From contig JBFWJC010000001.1 in NCBI GenBank assembly GCA_050253415.1, positions 840,679-904,678 on the forward strand: 64,000 bases of DNA, written 5' to 3'. The notes under the pieces are model-generated. The model ran no database searches and was not told where the DNA came from. It was given only the letters and a program-made list of their open reading frames with translations. The position numbers and the translations under genes were made by a program. This stretch comes from Pedobacter sp. (GTDB lineage Bacteria; Desulfobacterota; Desulfuromonadia; Desulfuromonadales; Syntrophotaleaceae). Shown here piece after piece: positions 50,592 through 60,631 of this stretch (position 1 is its first letter; the number at the start of each line of letters is the position of its first letter).

Positions 50592-52679
50592 CTAATCGTC
50601 CACGTATGTGCTCGGCAATGTCTCGCTCAACGGGGCTTCAATCGGAGATTCCGCATCGGTTTCCTGTGCCGATTCCGGTTGACCCTCTTCGATTGGCTGC
50701 CCGTCGGTAGTGGGGCTCGGCAGCAGCGCCGGCAATTCTTGCAGGGGCTCGCCCGGGTGAACGGAGCAGTATTCTCTCGGTTCGGTGCCGAGAATAAAAA
50801 ACTCGTTCCTTGTTGTTGGGCAACCGGAGGTGGCCGGCAGGCCTGTGGACGAGTCGATGGTCAGGGTAACAACTTTTTCCGGTTGCTCGAAATTCGCACT
50901 CGGGCGGCCAGCCAGAGCCGAGCGCATGAAGCGTTCCCAGATGGGAGCGCTGACGGCTCCACCCGTAAACCCCTTGCCGCCAGCCTGGGGTTTGTCATGC
51001 CCCACCCATATGCCGGTCACCAGCTTCGGGGTGTAGCCGACAAACCATGCGTCCCGATAATCGTTGGTAGTACCGGTTTTCCCGGCGGCCGGATATTGTT
51101 CGGCAAAATTTTTCAGGTTTTTGGCTGTCCCGTAGACCATGACATCACGGAGCATTTGGGTTGTCACAAAGGCCACGGCGGGGGAAATGACCGGAGTCTT
51201 CGGTGGGGCGATATGCGTCCAGGTTTTGGATGTGCGGTTGTAAATCCGCACAATGGTTCTGGGCTGAACCCTGAGCCCGCCGTTGGCCAGGGGAGCATAG
51301 GCCGCAACCAGCTCATTCAAGGTTACTTCTTCGGTACCAAGAGCCATGGAAAGATCATTGCGGGCGCGTAACGAAAGGCCCAACGTGCCGGCAAAGTCGG
51401 CAAAGTCGGGTGCGCCTATGGCTTCGAGTAATTTTACCGCGACGATATTGTTGGACGATGCCAGAGCCTGCCGCAGTGTGAGTTGTCCTTGGTGTTCCTG
51501 TCCGTAATTCTGGGGTTGCCAGGTTTGATCGTTGCCTCGGCGGTAGACGACCGGATCGTCATTCCAGATGCCGGCGGCTGTATGGCCTTTTTCCAGAGCC
51601 GCGGCATAAATCAGTGGCTTGATGGCGGATCCGGGTTGCCGTTTGGCGAATAGAGCTCGATTGTAGGGGCTCTGCTTGAAATCCACACCACCGGCTGCCG
51701 CCAGGATGTCGCCGGTCTTCGGATCAAGGCACAGCAAAGCACCTTGCAGGTCCGGAGCAATCCGCTGCACGCCTTCACGCAGGGTCTGTTCCGCCAGCGA
51801 CTGCAGTTTGAGGTCCATGGCCGCAACCACTTCCAGCCCGCCCTGTTCGATAATCTTCGCGCCGTACCTTTCGACCAGTTTATTGCGGATATGGGCCAGA
51901 TAGTAGGACGTCTCGCCGAGCTGAACGTAGGATATGGGTTGGCCCGACAGGGTTTGTTTCTGCTTTGGCGTGATCATTTTGAGTTCCGCCATGCGGCTCA
52001 GCACCAGGTTGCGCCGAGCTGAGACCTTGGCCGAATCGCCCCATGGATTATAGCGGTTGGGGGCTTTGGATACGCCGGCCAGCAAGGCACACTCGGCATC
52101 GGTCAATTGTTCCGGGGTTTTGTCGAAATAAAGCCGGGTCGCCTGGGCCAGCCCCCAGGCTCCGTTGCCGTAATAGATTTCGTTGAAATACATCTCCAGA
52201 ATCTGTTTCTTGGTGTATTTGCGCTCGAATTCCAACGCCAAACGGGCTTCGGTCAGTTTTCTGTTAATCGTTTTTTCCCCGGACAGGAATTTGTTCTTGA
52301 TTACTTGCTGGGTGATGGTCGAACCGCCCTCGGCCATTTGTCCCTTTGCCACATCCTTTACCAGGGCCCGGGTAATACCTCGGATGTCGATGCCACTATG
52401 CTCGAAAAAGCGAGCGTCTTCGATGGCTACCGTGGCGTTCTGGAGAAATTTGGGGATGCGGTCGATCGATACCCAATACCTGCTCTCCGCGGGGATCCGG
52501 GCCACAAATTTGCCGGTCCGGTCAAAGATTTTGATGGAGCTATAGCCATAGGGCAGTTGGGGGTGAGTGGCGAATTTTTCCCCGGCGGCGCTTGAGAAGG
52601 CAAAGCTCAAGCACAGGCCAAGCACCAGGGCGAAACGGTAGAGCGTATTTTTGAAAAATGCGAAAGTTGAAGGCATCAA
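50592..52679 (-). CDS. Class A penicillin-binding protein (PBP1A family)
   Basis: Transglycosylase EDARFFEH.G, GGSTITQQ; transpeptidase GSAIKP (SxxK), SNN, GKTGT. Confidence 0.93.
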   Translation of the reverse strand: MMPSTFAFFKNTLYRFALVLGLCLSFAFSSAAGEKFATHPQLPYGYSSIKIFDRTGKFVARIPAESRYWVSIDRIPKFLQNATVAIEDARFFEHSGIDIRGITRALVKDVAKGQMAEGGSTITQQVIKNKFLSGEKTINRKLTEARLALEFERKYTKKQILEMYFNEIYYGNGAWGLAQATRLYFDKTPEQLTDAECALLAGVSKAPNRYNPWGDSAKVSARRNLVLSRMAELKMITPKQKQTLSGQPISYVQLGETSYYLAHIRNKLVERYGAKIIEQGGLEVVAAMDLKLQSLAEQTLREGVQRIAPDLQGALLCLDPKTGDILAAAGGVDFKQSPYNRALFAKRQPGSAIKPLIYAAALEKGHTAAGIWNDDPVVYRRGNDQTWQPQNYGQEHQGQLTLRQALASSNNIVAVKLLEAIGAPDFADFAGTLGLSLRARNDLSMALGTEEVTLNELVAAYAPLANGGLRVQPRTIVRIYNRTSKTWTHIAPPKTPVISPAVAFVTTQMLRDVMVYGTAKNLKNFAEQYPAAGKTGTTNDYRDAWFVGYTPKLVTGIWVGHDKPQAGGKGFTGGAVSAPIWERFMRSALAGRPSANFEQPEKVVTLTIDSSTGLPATSGCPTTRNEFFILGTEPREYCSVHPGEPLQELPALLPSPTTDGQPIEEGQPESAQETDAESPIEAPLSETLPSTYVDD

Positions 52680-53165
52680 GGTAGTCTCTGCTCCCGAATT
52701 GAGTTGAACTCATGGGTCCCACACCTATTCGCCGCCGTGAAACACCGAATGCGGAGATGTTGAAGGCATGGATTGCCGCAACAGGTAAGACGGCCATCTT
52801 ATACACCTTCCGTTGGGGATTGTCATGTGTCCTTTTTTGCGAAAATCCGGGCCGCCTGGATAGCCGGCTCGAAGCCCAAAAGCATTGCCGATGGCGAATT
52901 TAAGGGGAGCTCGACAGGGCGTTTTTTAGTCGCAGGGGCAATCACTTCCAAGGGGGCTTTATCCGCCCCGGCTTCGTGACAGCAGAGATGGAATTTAGGG
53001 GGTAAGGTTTTATTGCCAAAGCTGAATCGGAAGGTCTTCGTGTCCTGTCGGTTTCGCTGAGGATGTTGTTCGGGAACGGGGAAAGGGTAGGTATAAACTT
53101 GGCGGTGGGCGACTTGAACCGGTTTCTTGCAAGGTCGCCAACCGATTCGACGGTTACGGTGGTGT

Positions 53166-53582
53166 TTAATCTTCCCCCGAAAACCGGTATGAATCGATGA
53201 GTTCCGTTGCCATAAACAGTTCCTCGTTGCGGGCATGGTAGTCCGCTATCAGGTTGGATGCCTTGCCGCTGGGCTGGCTTTCCATTGAGTCGTCTTTACA
53301 GAAATGAGTGCGGCAGTCGATGGGTCTGACAGCATAAATCCGGCACTTTCCGTTTTTGCTCAGAAACTTACAGGCATCTGCGCCCGCTTCATAGAACTGG
53401 AATCCGGTGTGTTTTGCCAGAAAGCTATTGATCAATGCAATTTCCGGAAGGGTGACGCCAGGCTCGCCCCCGGTGAATGCAGGGCGGCAGCATTCAGCAT
53501 GGCACTCGGCAGACCGACCGCATTTCATGCCGGTGCTGGCTGTAATATCTGCCAATCTGGTCCAGAGGTTTTCCAGAGTCAT
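53166..53582 (-). CDS. YkgJ-family cysteine-cluster protein
   Basis: C...C...CC, C.FL....C.IY..RP..CR..C. Confidence 0.85.
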   Translation of the reverse strand: MTLENLWTRLADITASTGMKCGRSAECHAECCRPAFTGGEPGVTLPEIALINSFLAKHTGFQFYEAGADACKFLSKNGKCRIYAVRPIDCRTHFCKDDSMESQPSGKASNLIADYHARNEELFMATELIDSYRFSGED

Positions 53583-53830
53583 TCTTGTAGCCCTTCTACA
53601 AACCCGGTCGACTTTTAAAGGACGCCGCAGTGCTGCAAACAGCAGAAAAAAATCCTATACATATCGCCCTTCTGGTTTTTCAGTCAAGAGGGGTTTGAAT
53701 TGAAAGGCTTTTCCCTGGCAAACCGACTGGCGATTAAGGCTTTTTTCACCCCTATATCGATTTTCTTGCGGGCAGGTCGAGGGGCTGCATGCATGGGTTA
53801 AGAGCTGTCCTCGCGGATAAAACTGGATTT

Positions 53831-54082
53831 TCAGTCCTGATCCTCAATGGTGCATAAGCCCATCAGGCGTAAGGCCAGGGCGGTCTCTACCGAAGTGGTG
53901 TACCGCCATGAATAGTGCTTTTGGCTTAACTTGCCGGTGTCCAGGTATTTGCATTTGTGCCAGAGTTCAGGGTGTCTGGCTCTGACAGTGTCTCGCTGGA
54001 TAAATGTAAGAGATATTATCTTTTTCGCCATATTCTTCACGGCCTCATTTTCTAGTCGCCCTACATTGCTTTTTTTGGGCAA
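53831..54082 (-). CDS. Hypothetical protein, third gene of the AAA/VWA operon
   Basis: ORF begins 13 bp after the VWA gene stop on the same strand; no family recognised; start may be 54031. Confidence 0.5.
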   Translation of the reverse strand: MPKKSNVGRLENEAVKNMAKKIISLTFIQRDTVRARHPELWHKCKYLDTGKLSQKHYSWRYTTSVETALALRLMGLCTIEDQD

Positions 54083-54095
54083 ACCGGCTTCCGTT

Positions 54096-55265
54096 TTAGA
54101 GTAAATCCAGAGTAGCTATTTCCCCGAATTTAGGACGATAGCAGGCTGCCAGATCCCGGTCGCGGGTGGTACTGATCCATAAAGTGGGGATGCCGGGATC
54201 GATTTCGGGGCTTTTACCCTGCAGGTCGGTCAGGTAAATGATGCAGCCGGCATCGGGTACGTTGTTTATGGCCCACTCAAAGGGCGGGCACAGGTCGGTG
54301 CCGCCAAAACCCACGGTTTTCAATTCTACAGGGTATTCGTCCGGGGTGATGGTATGGGTAGCAGATATCTCACTGTCGCAGTAAACAACATTCACGGTGG
54401 AAGGATAACTCTCCAGTATGTCGTTCAGTTCGGCCTGAAACTGGGTTAACTCCCGTTGCGAGATCGAGCCGGACGTGTCTATGGCCAGCACCAGCGGTTT
54501 GAGTCCGTTGGAGCGAAAACTGGGCAGGTAGATTCCGTCGGCTATGTGGCGTCGATTGGGCTGATTCCACGAATAGTCATTGCCGGACGTGTGATCGACA
54601 AAGGATCTCAGTATTTCGCGCCAGTCCAGCACGGGGTGAACCAGCTCGCTCACCAGGCGTGCCAGGGAGCTGGGAAGCTTGCCCTGGGCCTTGGCTGCCT
54701 GGGCGGACTGCTGTATCGCCACGGTCATTTCGGTTTCTTGCTGCTGCCTTTCCGCTTTGGACAGAGGCTTGTCGTACTCATTCTTGGCATCCTCAAAACC
54801 GCCGCAGCCGCCCGGATCGTCGCTCTGATCGATGTCGTTCTCGCCGCCATCGCCCTCCCCATCGCCGGACCCGCCTGGCAACCGGTCGTAGATCTGCTCC
54901 GCGGCAAGGTTGTCGAAGGATTCATGATACAGGGCGTGGGGCAACAATTTAAGACCGGCTTCCTTGAGGATTCCGTTGATCGCGTAATCACCGGCCTTGT
55001 TGAACCGGCCCAGGGTGCGTGCGCTGCGCCTGAGCGGATGGAAGTGGGCCACATGCATGACCAGGTGGGCAAGGACAAAGACAATGTGATCGACACTCAG
55101 GGAATCGATGAAGTCCGGATTGTAGCGAATTTGCCTGCCATCGGTGCAGGCGGTTTTGATGTCCCGATCCTCATGCAACCGCATGCGTAACAGCAGGGTA
55201 GCGAAAAACGGGTGATCGAGCACCATCCTTGCAATCGCTTTTGCGAGTTTTGAGGATTTTTTCAT
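54096..55265 (-). CDS. DUF2201-type metallopeptidase-like plus VWA-like domain protein
   Basis: PFFA.L, TACTDG...YNP.F, AHLVMH...H, D.AIN, DW...L, NRR, LAIDTSGSI (MIDAS), GGTD, YLTD. Confidence 0.88.
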   Translation of the reverse strand: MKKSSKLAKAIARMVLDHPFFATLLLRMRLHEDRDIKTACTDGRQIRYNPDFIDSLSVDHIVFVLAHLVMHVAHFHPLRRSARTLGRFNKAGDYAINGILKEAGLKLLPHALYHESFDNLAAEQIYDRLPGGSGDGEGDGGENDIDQSDDPGGCGGFEDAKNEYDKPLSKAERQQQETEMTVAIQQSAQAAKAQGKLPSSLARLVSELVHPVLDWREILRSFVDHTSGNDYSWNQPNRRHIADGIYLPSFRSNGLKPLVLAIDTSGSISQRELTQFQAELNDILESYPSTVNVVYCDSEISATHTITPDEYPVELKTVGFGGTDLCPPFEWAINNVPDAGCIIYLTDLQGKSPEIDPGIPTLWISTTRDRDLAACYRPKFGEIATLDLL

Positions 55266-55376
55266 CACTGTACCTTCCAATGTCGGATGGTAACCTGCAA
55301 CCGGTAGCCAGGTCTATCCGGCGCTACCCGAGTGCAGAAGACAATCCCTTCGGCCCTGCTCAAGACGGTTTTCAAA

Positions 55377-56375
55377 TCACAATAGCAGATCGCCGTTATC
55401 CTTGGCCCAGCTGCTGAATTCCTTGGAGCTCGCCAGTTTCGGCTCGGCCTGCAGGGCATCCCGCAGCCAGACAACCTGAAATTCGGATGGCAATCGTCTC
55501 ATGTAGCGAAAAGCCGGTGCCGCCGTATCCGGGGTAATCTTGCGGCTCATGGCCCCACACAACGCATAGAGTACCGACGGTTCTTTGGGTACTTCCGATT
55601 TGTCCGGGTCGCTCATAATGGCTTCTACATCCGGCAGGTCGCGATATACCTCCAGAAAGGAGGTGAACTCCGCGGCTGCGCCGAACCCCAGCGCCCCGGC
55701 GAAAAACGGCAATTCCGCCTCAATCGGCAACTGGCCCAGAAACTGGCCGACATTGGCCCAGACACGCGGGCAGGGGAAGGAGTGCCCCTGGGCCTTGGCA
55801 TCGAAATGGTGCAAGAGTTCAGGCCGCAGGCGCAAAAAGCCGATAATTTCCGACGGAACGTTGTTGTCGATCGCCCAGGCGCACCACTCATCCAGATCGA
55901 CGGCCAGTTCCAGGTGCGTCGCAAAACGGGAGCCCAGCGCTTTGCTGATCTTGCGGCTGAAGGTGCCGTCTGTCACCCGGTTTCCCGCCGCCAGAATTCT
56001 CCACCCATCGGGCAAACAGTATTCACCGAGCTTGCGGTCCAGCACCAGCTGCAGCAGCGAACTCTGCACCGAATCGGGCGCCTGGGAAAGTTCGTCGAGG
56101 AACAGCACGCCTTCTCCTTCCGAGGGCAGGAAGTTCGGCGGATTCCAGCGGGTGGTGCCGTTTTCAACCGATGGTACGCCGCGCAGGTCGACCGGGTCCA
56201 GCAGGACAGCGCGGATATCGATCAGCGGCAGATTCAGCTCTGCGGCTACCTGGGCTACTATTTGCGACTTGCCTATGCCTGGCGGTCCCCACAGGAACAT
56301 GGGCACGTTGACGTTAAGCCCGCTCTTGAGGATCGCAATAGCCAGCGATGGTTTAACGGTTACCGATGATTCCAT
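55377..56375 (-). CDS. MoxR-like AAA+ ATPase
   Basis: Walker A WGPPGIGKS, D.RG.P, Walker B LFLDE, AAGNR, AL.SRF, P.PR.W. Confidence 0.9.
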   Translation of the reverse strand: MESSVTVKPSLAIAILKSGLNVNVPMFLWGPPGIGKSQIVAQVAAELNLPLIDIRAVLLDPVDLRGVPSVENGTTRWNPPNFLPSEGEGVLFLDELSQAPDSVQSSLLQLVLDRKLGEYCLPDGWRILAAGNRVTDGTFSRKISKALGSRFATHLELAVDLDEWCAWAIDNNVPSEIIGFLRLRPELLHHFDAKAQGHSFPCPRVWANVGQFLGQLPIEAELPFFAGALGFGAAAEFTSFLEVYRDLPDVEAIMSDPDKSEVPKEPSVLYALCGAMSRKITPDTAAPAFRYMRRLPSEFQVVWLRDALQAEPKLASSKEFSSWAKDNGDLLL

Positions 56376-56640
56376 AAAGCCTCCAAGTACGCAAATCCGA
56401 AAGAGAGGGATTTTAGAACGAAATGTCTTCCCTTGAGGGTGTAAGGGAATCGATGTTTCAAGAATACCGAATGCAGGATCGGCACAACTTGATTTATATC
56501 AATTTCAGGAGTTATTGGATAGTTTCCGAATCGAAATGAGGGGGCTCGCGGGAGGGTTGCAGCATGTCAGGAGGGTGGGATCATCTGTTTTAAACTGAAC
56601 CCCTGCCGATAAGGGCTCTCATTTGAAAATCCGGACTAAG

Positions 56641-56677
56641 AAAGAAAGCCCCCGTCGATCATCGGCGGGGGCTTCTT
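56641..56677 (-). terminator. Intrinsic terminator after the acyltransferase gene
   Basis: AAGCCCCCGTCGAT-C-ATCGGCGGGGGCTT hairpin. Confidence 0.6.
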
Positions 56678-56701
56678 CAACAGCCTGCTGAGGATAAAGG
56701 C

Positions 56702-57904
56702 TTACAGGCCGGCCGGCTTGAGGACAACCCGACTGATAGCCCAACTCAGAAAAGTCGAAGCCGCCGTGACGATACAGAATTTGATGATGACGGGGACGCC
56801 AGCCCATGACACCAGTACCAGGCCCAAGCCCAGAACAATCGGCATATGGAGAATATAGATACCGTAGGAGTTGGCTGCCAAGGTCCGGTTGACTTTTGAA
56901 TCGCGGTTCCAGTAGCGATAAGCGAAGGAGATCAATACCATGAAAATGGAGAGGCAGAGAAAGGCCCGTGAAAAACAATAAACCATCAGGACAGGCAGGG
57001 AAGGCGTAGCCCCTCCGCCCATTTTTTGCACGGAGTCCAGAAATAAAAGCATCATGGCCAGGCAAACAGGCAGCCATATTCTCAAGCGTCCAACAGCGTT
57101 TCCGTTTGTGAACCAGCCTTTCCATGCGGCATAAATTCCCGCAGGGAAATAGAAAATATATAAAAACAATCGGGTAGGCTGGAATTGTACCAGGTTGGCG
57201 ATAATCACCCAGGGTTCTTGTCCCTTCACAGTAAATAAGGGCACCATGACGACAAGACTCATACCTGTCACCACGCCCAGACCCAGCAGCACAGGCAGGG
57301 CAAAGGAGTCTTTCGAATCCTTCGGTTCCGGAACAACGGACTTGTGCCCGAACCATTTGGTTTTAATCGCATAAAGACAGGCAAAAAAGACAAAGAACCA
57401 GAAAAGAAGGGAAAGGAACCAGAAATAATTGTGCGAAGGCTGTGCGTAAGAGGTGATATAGCCCACGTAAAAATCGCCAAAGCCTTTAAGATACGAGATC
57501 CAGTAGGCTGCATACCCGGAGGATGCGGAGTCTGTAGATCTGAAGTATTCGTATATGTAACCGATAATAGGCACAATGATAGTGGCGCCTACCAGCAAAG
57601 GAATTCCAATTCTCGTCAGTTTGCTTCTGATGAATGGCCAGACCCCTTTTTTCCGGATCGTCCTTAAGGCAAAGAACCCTGCGATGAAAAACATGATGGG
57701 CATGATAAAAACGTCTGTAATCAGCACGATAACGTCAAAAACACTCGCCATGCCGGGATCGACTTCCTGCACGGGCCACCAGGGGGTAAGCTTGCTGTGC
57801 GCGAGGGCTGCATGCAGGACGATCACGCAAAGCACGATAAAATAACGAAGATTGTCGAGAAAGAATAACCGCTGCCGGGAAGGACTGGCTGTGCAATTGT
57901 TCAT
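56702..57904 (-). CDS. Acyltransferase family 3 membrane protein (OpgC/MdoC-like)
   Basis: RLFFLDNLR, V..H, F.MP.MFFIAG.F, K..R.GIP, WFL, SYGIYILH. Confidence 0.9.
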   Translation of the reverse strand: MNNCTASPSRQRLFFLDNLRYFIVLCVIVLHAALAHSKLTPWWPVQEVDPGMASVFDVIVLITDVFIMPIMFFIAGFFALRTIRKKGVWPFIRSKLTRIGIPLLVGATIIVPIIGYIYEYFRSTDSASSGYAAYWISYLKGFGDFYVGYITSYAQPSHNYFWFLSLLFWFFVFFACLYAIKTKWFGHKSVVPEPKDSKDSFALPVLLGLGVVTGMSLVVMVPLFTVKGQEPWVIIANLVQFQPTRLFLYIFYFPAGIYAAWKGWFTNGNAVGRLRIWLPVCLAMMLLFLDSVQKMGGGATPSLPVLMVYCFSRAFLCLSIFMVLISFAYRYWNRDSKVNRTLAANSYGIYILHMPIVLGLGLVLVSWAGVPVIIKFCIVTAASTFLSWAISRVVLKPAGL

Positions 57905-58183
57905 GATAACTCCTATTGAAAACGTTTGAGTTTTATGACGTATACCACATGTTTTGGGCTTAATCATAATGAGTTTTCAATTGTTTTTAGAATTCCCATG
58001 AAACGTTCTTTCTCAGGGGCGGTTTCTCGTCTGAATTAGCATCCCTGGCAACGGGGTCCGTCATTGGGGTATCTCAGATGACACCTTAACGGTCACAGGT
58101 TGCTGGCCGATTCAATAAAAATCATCGCTGCAGGGGTACCCATCCGCCAGCGATAAAGGCCCTGCACCCATTAATTGGGCTCC

Positions 58184-58630
58184 TTATGTTTCGCTGTTTC
58201 CTTCGAGGTCCAGAATCATTTTGCCATCCCTGTCGATCATACCTGATCCGTTGAAAATGACTCCATTCAGCTCCCTGGCTATCCCGAAGATCAGGTCGAG
58301 ATGTCCCGCGTGCTCGTCAAATTTCGGTTCTGCAACGACGCCTATGGCCGACTTGCAGTCGGCAATGCTGTCCAGGACTCGCCGTTGTGCCTCGGTGGCA
58401 TCTGTCTTCACTGTACGGAAACGGTTGTGTGTTCCAAGGATCATCCGGCAAAACGGGTCGCCGGCTTCCGTTCGTACCCATCGTGAAAGCTTGATGCTGC
58501 TGCCTCCTGTCTGGATTGGAACTCCATCCCATTCGTGAAGGTCGTCGGCATGTCTGAGAAGCTCTGTAATCAGACCCATGATCCGGATCCGGTCACCGTT
58601 TCGACAGAAGATGGTGCAGTTATCCGCCAT
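58184..58630 (-). CDS. Hypothetical protein
   Basis: Clean 148-aa ORF with AAGGGG RBS, downstream of the HAD gene; no family recognised. Confidence 0.6.
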   Translation of the reverse strand: MADNCTIFCRNGDRIRIMGLITELLRHADDLHEWDGVPIQTGGSSIKLSRWVRTEAGDPFCRMILGTHNRFRTVKTDATEAQRRVLDSIADCKSAIGVVAEPKFDEHAGHLDLIFGIARELNGVIFNGSGMIDRDGKMILDLEGNSET

Positions 58631-58651
58631 TGATTCCCCTTGGGTGAATGG

Positions 58652-59293
58652 TTATGAAGCAAGTTCCGCAAGTTCACGCGGATTTGAAAAAATATGCGAG
58701 GGGTTATGCTGACGAAGTTCGGTGTGCGAACCATAACCCCACAGCACTCCGGCAGAATATAGACTGTTCTTCTTTGCAGCAGTTATGTCTACATAACGAT
58801 CGCCAATCATCACTGATTTCTGATTTATCTCACCATGCTCTAGCAGTGATCCAAGTTGCTGCCACTTCTCGATACCAACATCACCGCCGTTTACGAAGAA
58901 GAAATGCTGGCGAAGCGAAAAAAGTTCAAGTATCCGCTCTGCGAAGTCAACGCGCTTGGAAGTACAGACACCTAACTTGAGTCCTTTTATTGAACTTAAC
59001 TTGTTGAGAACTTCGGGGATGCCATTGTACAGAGAGTTTTCTGAATAGCCGATGTCAGAATAACGCTCACGATATTTTACAACTAATGATTTGATGAGTT
59101 CTGGATCATCTGAGCCTGTCAACGAAGATAAAGAAACATCCAACGGTGGCCCGATAAAGGTGCAAAGTTCTTTATCTGAACGGTGCTCAAAACCATGTGA
59201 CTCAAGAGCATAATTAAATGACCTGACAATTCCGTCCTTGGGATCGCTAATCGTACCGTCAAGGTCAAAAACAAGATACTCGTACTTCAACAA
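58652..59293 (-). CDS. HAD-family hydrolase (phosphoglycolate phosphatase/5'-nucleotidase-like)
   Basis: FDLDGTISD, FIGPPL, CTSK, MIGDR..D, GVLWGYG; AAGGAGG RBS, TTG start. Confidence 0.9.
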   Translation of the reverse strand: MLKYEYLVFDLDGTISDPKDGIVRSFNYALESHGFEHRSDKELCTFIGPPLDVSLSSLTGSDDPELIKSLVVKYRERYSDIGYSENSLYNGIPEVLNKLSSIKGLKLGVCTSKRVDFAERILELFSLRQHFFFVNGGDVGIEKWQQLGSLLEHGEINQKSVMIGDRYVDITAAKKNSLYSAGVLWGYGSHTELRQHNPSHIFSNPRELAELAS

Positions 59294-59305
59294 TTCCTCC
59301 TTGCT

Positions 59306-59340
59306 GCATAACGATTGAGATCACCGAAGGCTGGTTATTG
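59306..59340 (-). mobile_element. attC-like remnant (integron cassette recombination site, right half)
   Basis: Minus strand CAATAAC-CAGCCTTCGGTGATCTCAATC-GTTATGC directly before the HAD RBS; the HAD gene ends in TCATAAC. Confidence 0.4.
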
Positions 59341-59519
59341 GGACCGGAAAGTAACGTATATCTGAAATTATTGGTTTGCGGACCCTCATCGGTCCGCCGA
59401 ACAGAAACGTAGAATTGATTCTTAACGAACAGCTCCCAGACCCGGATGAAATCGCCTTTTAGTCGATCAAGATCCTGTTGGACTGCTTCTTTGTTTGTGC
59501 CCCTTCGTGTATGGGGGGC

Positions 59520-59685
59520 GTTTTTCGCGTTCATACATGGCGAAATGGATGCCCTCGTGGTGCAACTCCGCATAGGGGCCTTCGCCATCTCAATTGAAAT
59601 CGATGCCGATGATCTCACTGTAAGAGCACACCCTTTGTACCAGGTTTCTTACGAACAGCCCAATCATGTCAAACCGGATCTTCAT
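59520..59685 (-). pseudogene. Truncated VOC-family pseudogene, paralog of 42448-42846
   Basis: MKIRFDMIGLFVRNLVQRVCSYSEIIGIDFN*DGEGPYAELHHEGIHFAMYER versus MKLRFDMIGLFVRNLEKMVHFYRDVLGMDIDWDGQGPYAEFKHEGIRFAMFER; the Trp codon became TGA and the 3' half is missing. Confidence 0.85.
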
Positions 59686-60006
59686 GTTGCTTCCTGCAGC
59701 CGGGGACCGTCTTCGATAATCTGAAAATTAATCATATCAAGAAATCCCTCCAGCCGATACCGCCGGGTCTCGGACCGACAAACCTTTCCCGTGAGTTTCA
59801 GATCGAAAGGGTTTGTTTGCTGACGGGTAACGTTCACAGGGCTGAAGAGGTGTGACATGAAGGCAATCCAGTTTACAATAGACAGATAGGGTTGCTTTCA
59901 GAGCAGCCAGTAGGGGGCTCGCACTCATGCGTACCCCCCAGGCGTTTGGCTGCGCAAGAAGGGTTTGGTCGGTAATGATAAAAATTCGTCGAAAGGAGTT
60001 TGCGTT

Positions 60007-60423
60007 ATGAAAAGGTTACACATTTTGGTTGCAGCGATCGGTCTGCTGGCATTGTTTGCTCTGCCGGCCGCGGCCATGCATCACGAAATAAAGATCTTCG
60101 AAAAGCCAGGGATCGGCAGATACCTGACCGATACCGAAGGGATGGCCCTCTACTTCTTTAAAAACGACAGCGTCGGAGAGAGTGTCTGCACCGGTGGTTG
60201 CGTGAACAACTGGCCGCTCTTTTACAGGCCACAGATCGAACCGCCTGACGGTCTCGATGCTTCTGACTTCGGAACCATCACTCGTAAGGACGGCGCCATG
60301 CAGACTACCTTCAGGGGCTTTCCGCTCTATTACTTCAAGGGGGATGTCGCTCCGGGCGACACCAAAGGAAATGACATGATGGATGTCTGGTACGTCATCG
60401 ATCCGGACGATTTCCCACATTGA
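60007..60423 (+). CDS. Secreted COG4315-type protein (Yx(FWY)xxD repeat)
   Basis: Signal peptide; LTD.EGMALYFF..D, C...C...WP, G.PLYYF.GD...GD..G.....WY. Confidence 0.88.
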   Translation: MKRLHILVAAIGLLALFALPAAAMHHEIKIFEKPGIGRYLTDTEGMALYFFKNDSVGESVCTGGCVNNWPLFYRPQIEPPDGLDASDFGTITRKDGAMQTTFRGFPLYYFKGDVAPGDTKGNDMMDVWYVIDPDDFPH

Positions 60424-60438
60424 ATGACCTGAGATTTC

Positions 60439-60468
60439 AGCCGGCTGCCACGGGCAGCCGGCTTTTTT
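60439..60468 (+). terminator. Intrinsic terminator
   Basis: AGCCGGCTGCC-ACG-GGCAGCCGGCT-TTTTT. Confidence 0.75.
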
Positions 60469-60631
60469 GATACCAAAGCGGCCGGATAAGATTAGGGGTG
60501 TGCCTCACTGGGGCGCCGGATCTCGGCCTTTGAGTTGACACAAGCCTGTTAATGGGTAACCGTTGAAGGACAGTGCCAGGGGGCAAAGGGTTATGGCCGG
60601 CGCAGTAGGGCGCTCGTGAAATTATACATTC

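Noticed and set aside
55345..55372. REP-like word CCTTCGGCCCTGCTCAAGAC between the AAA and VWA genes
   Set aside because: Single degenerate copy in this window; cannot be supported without a genome search.
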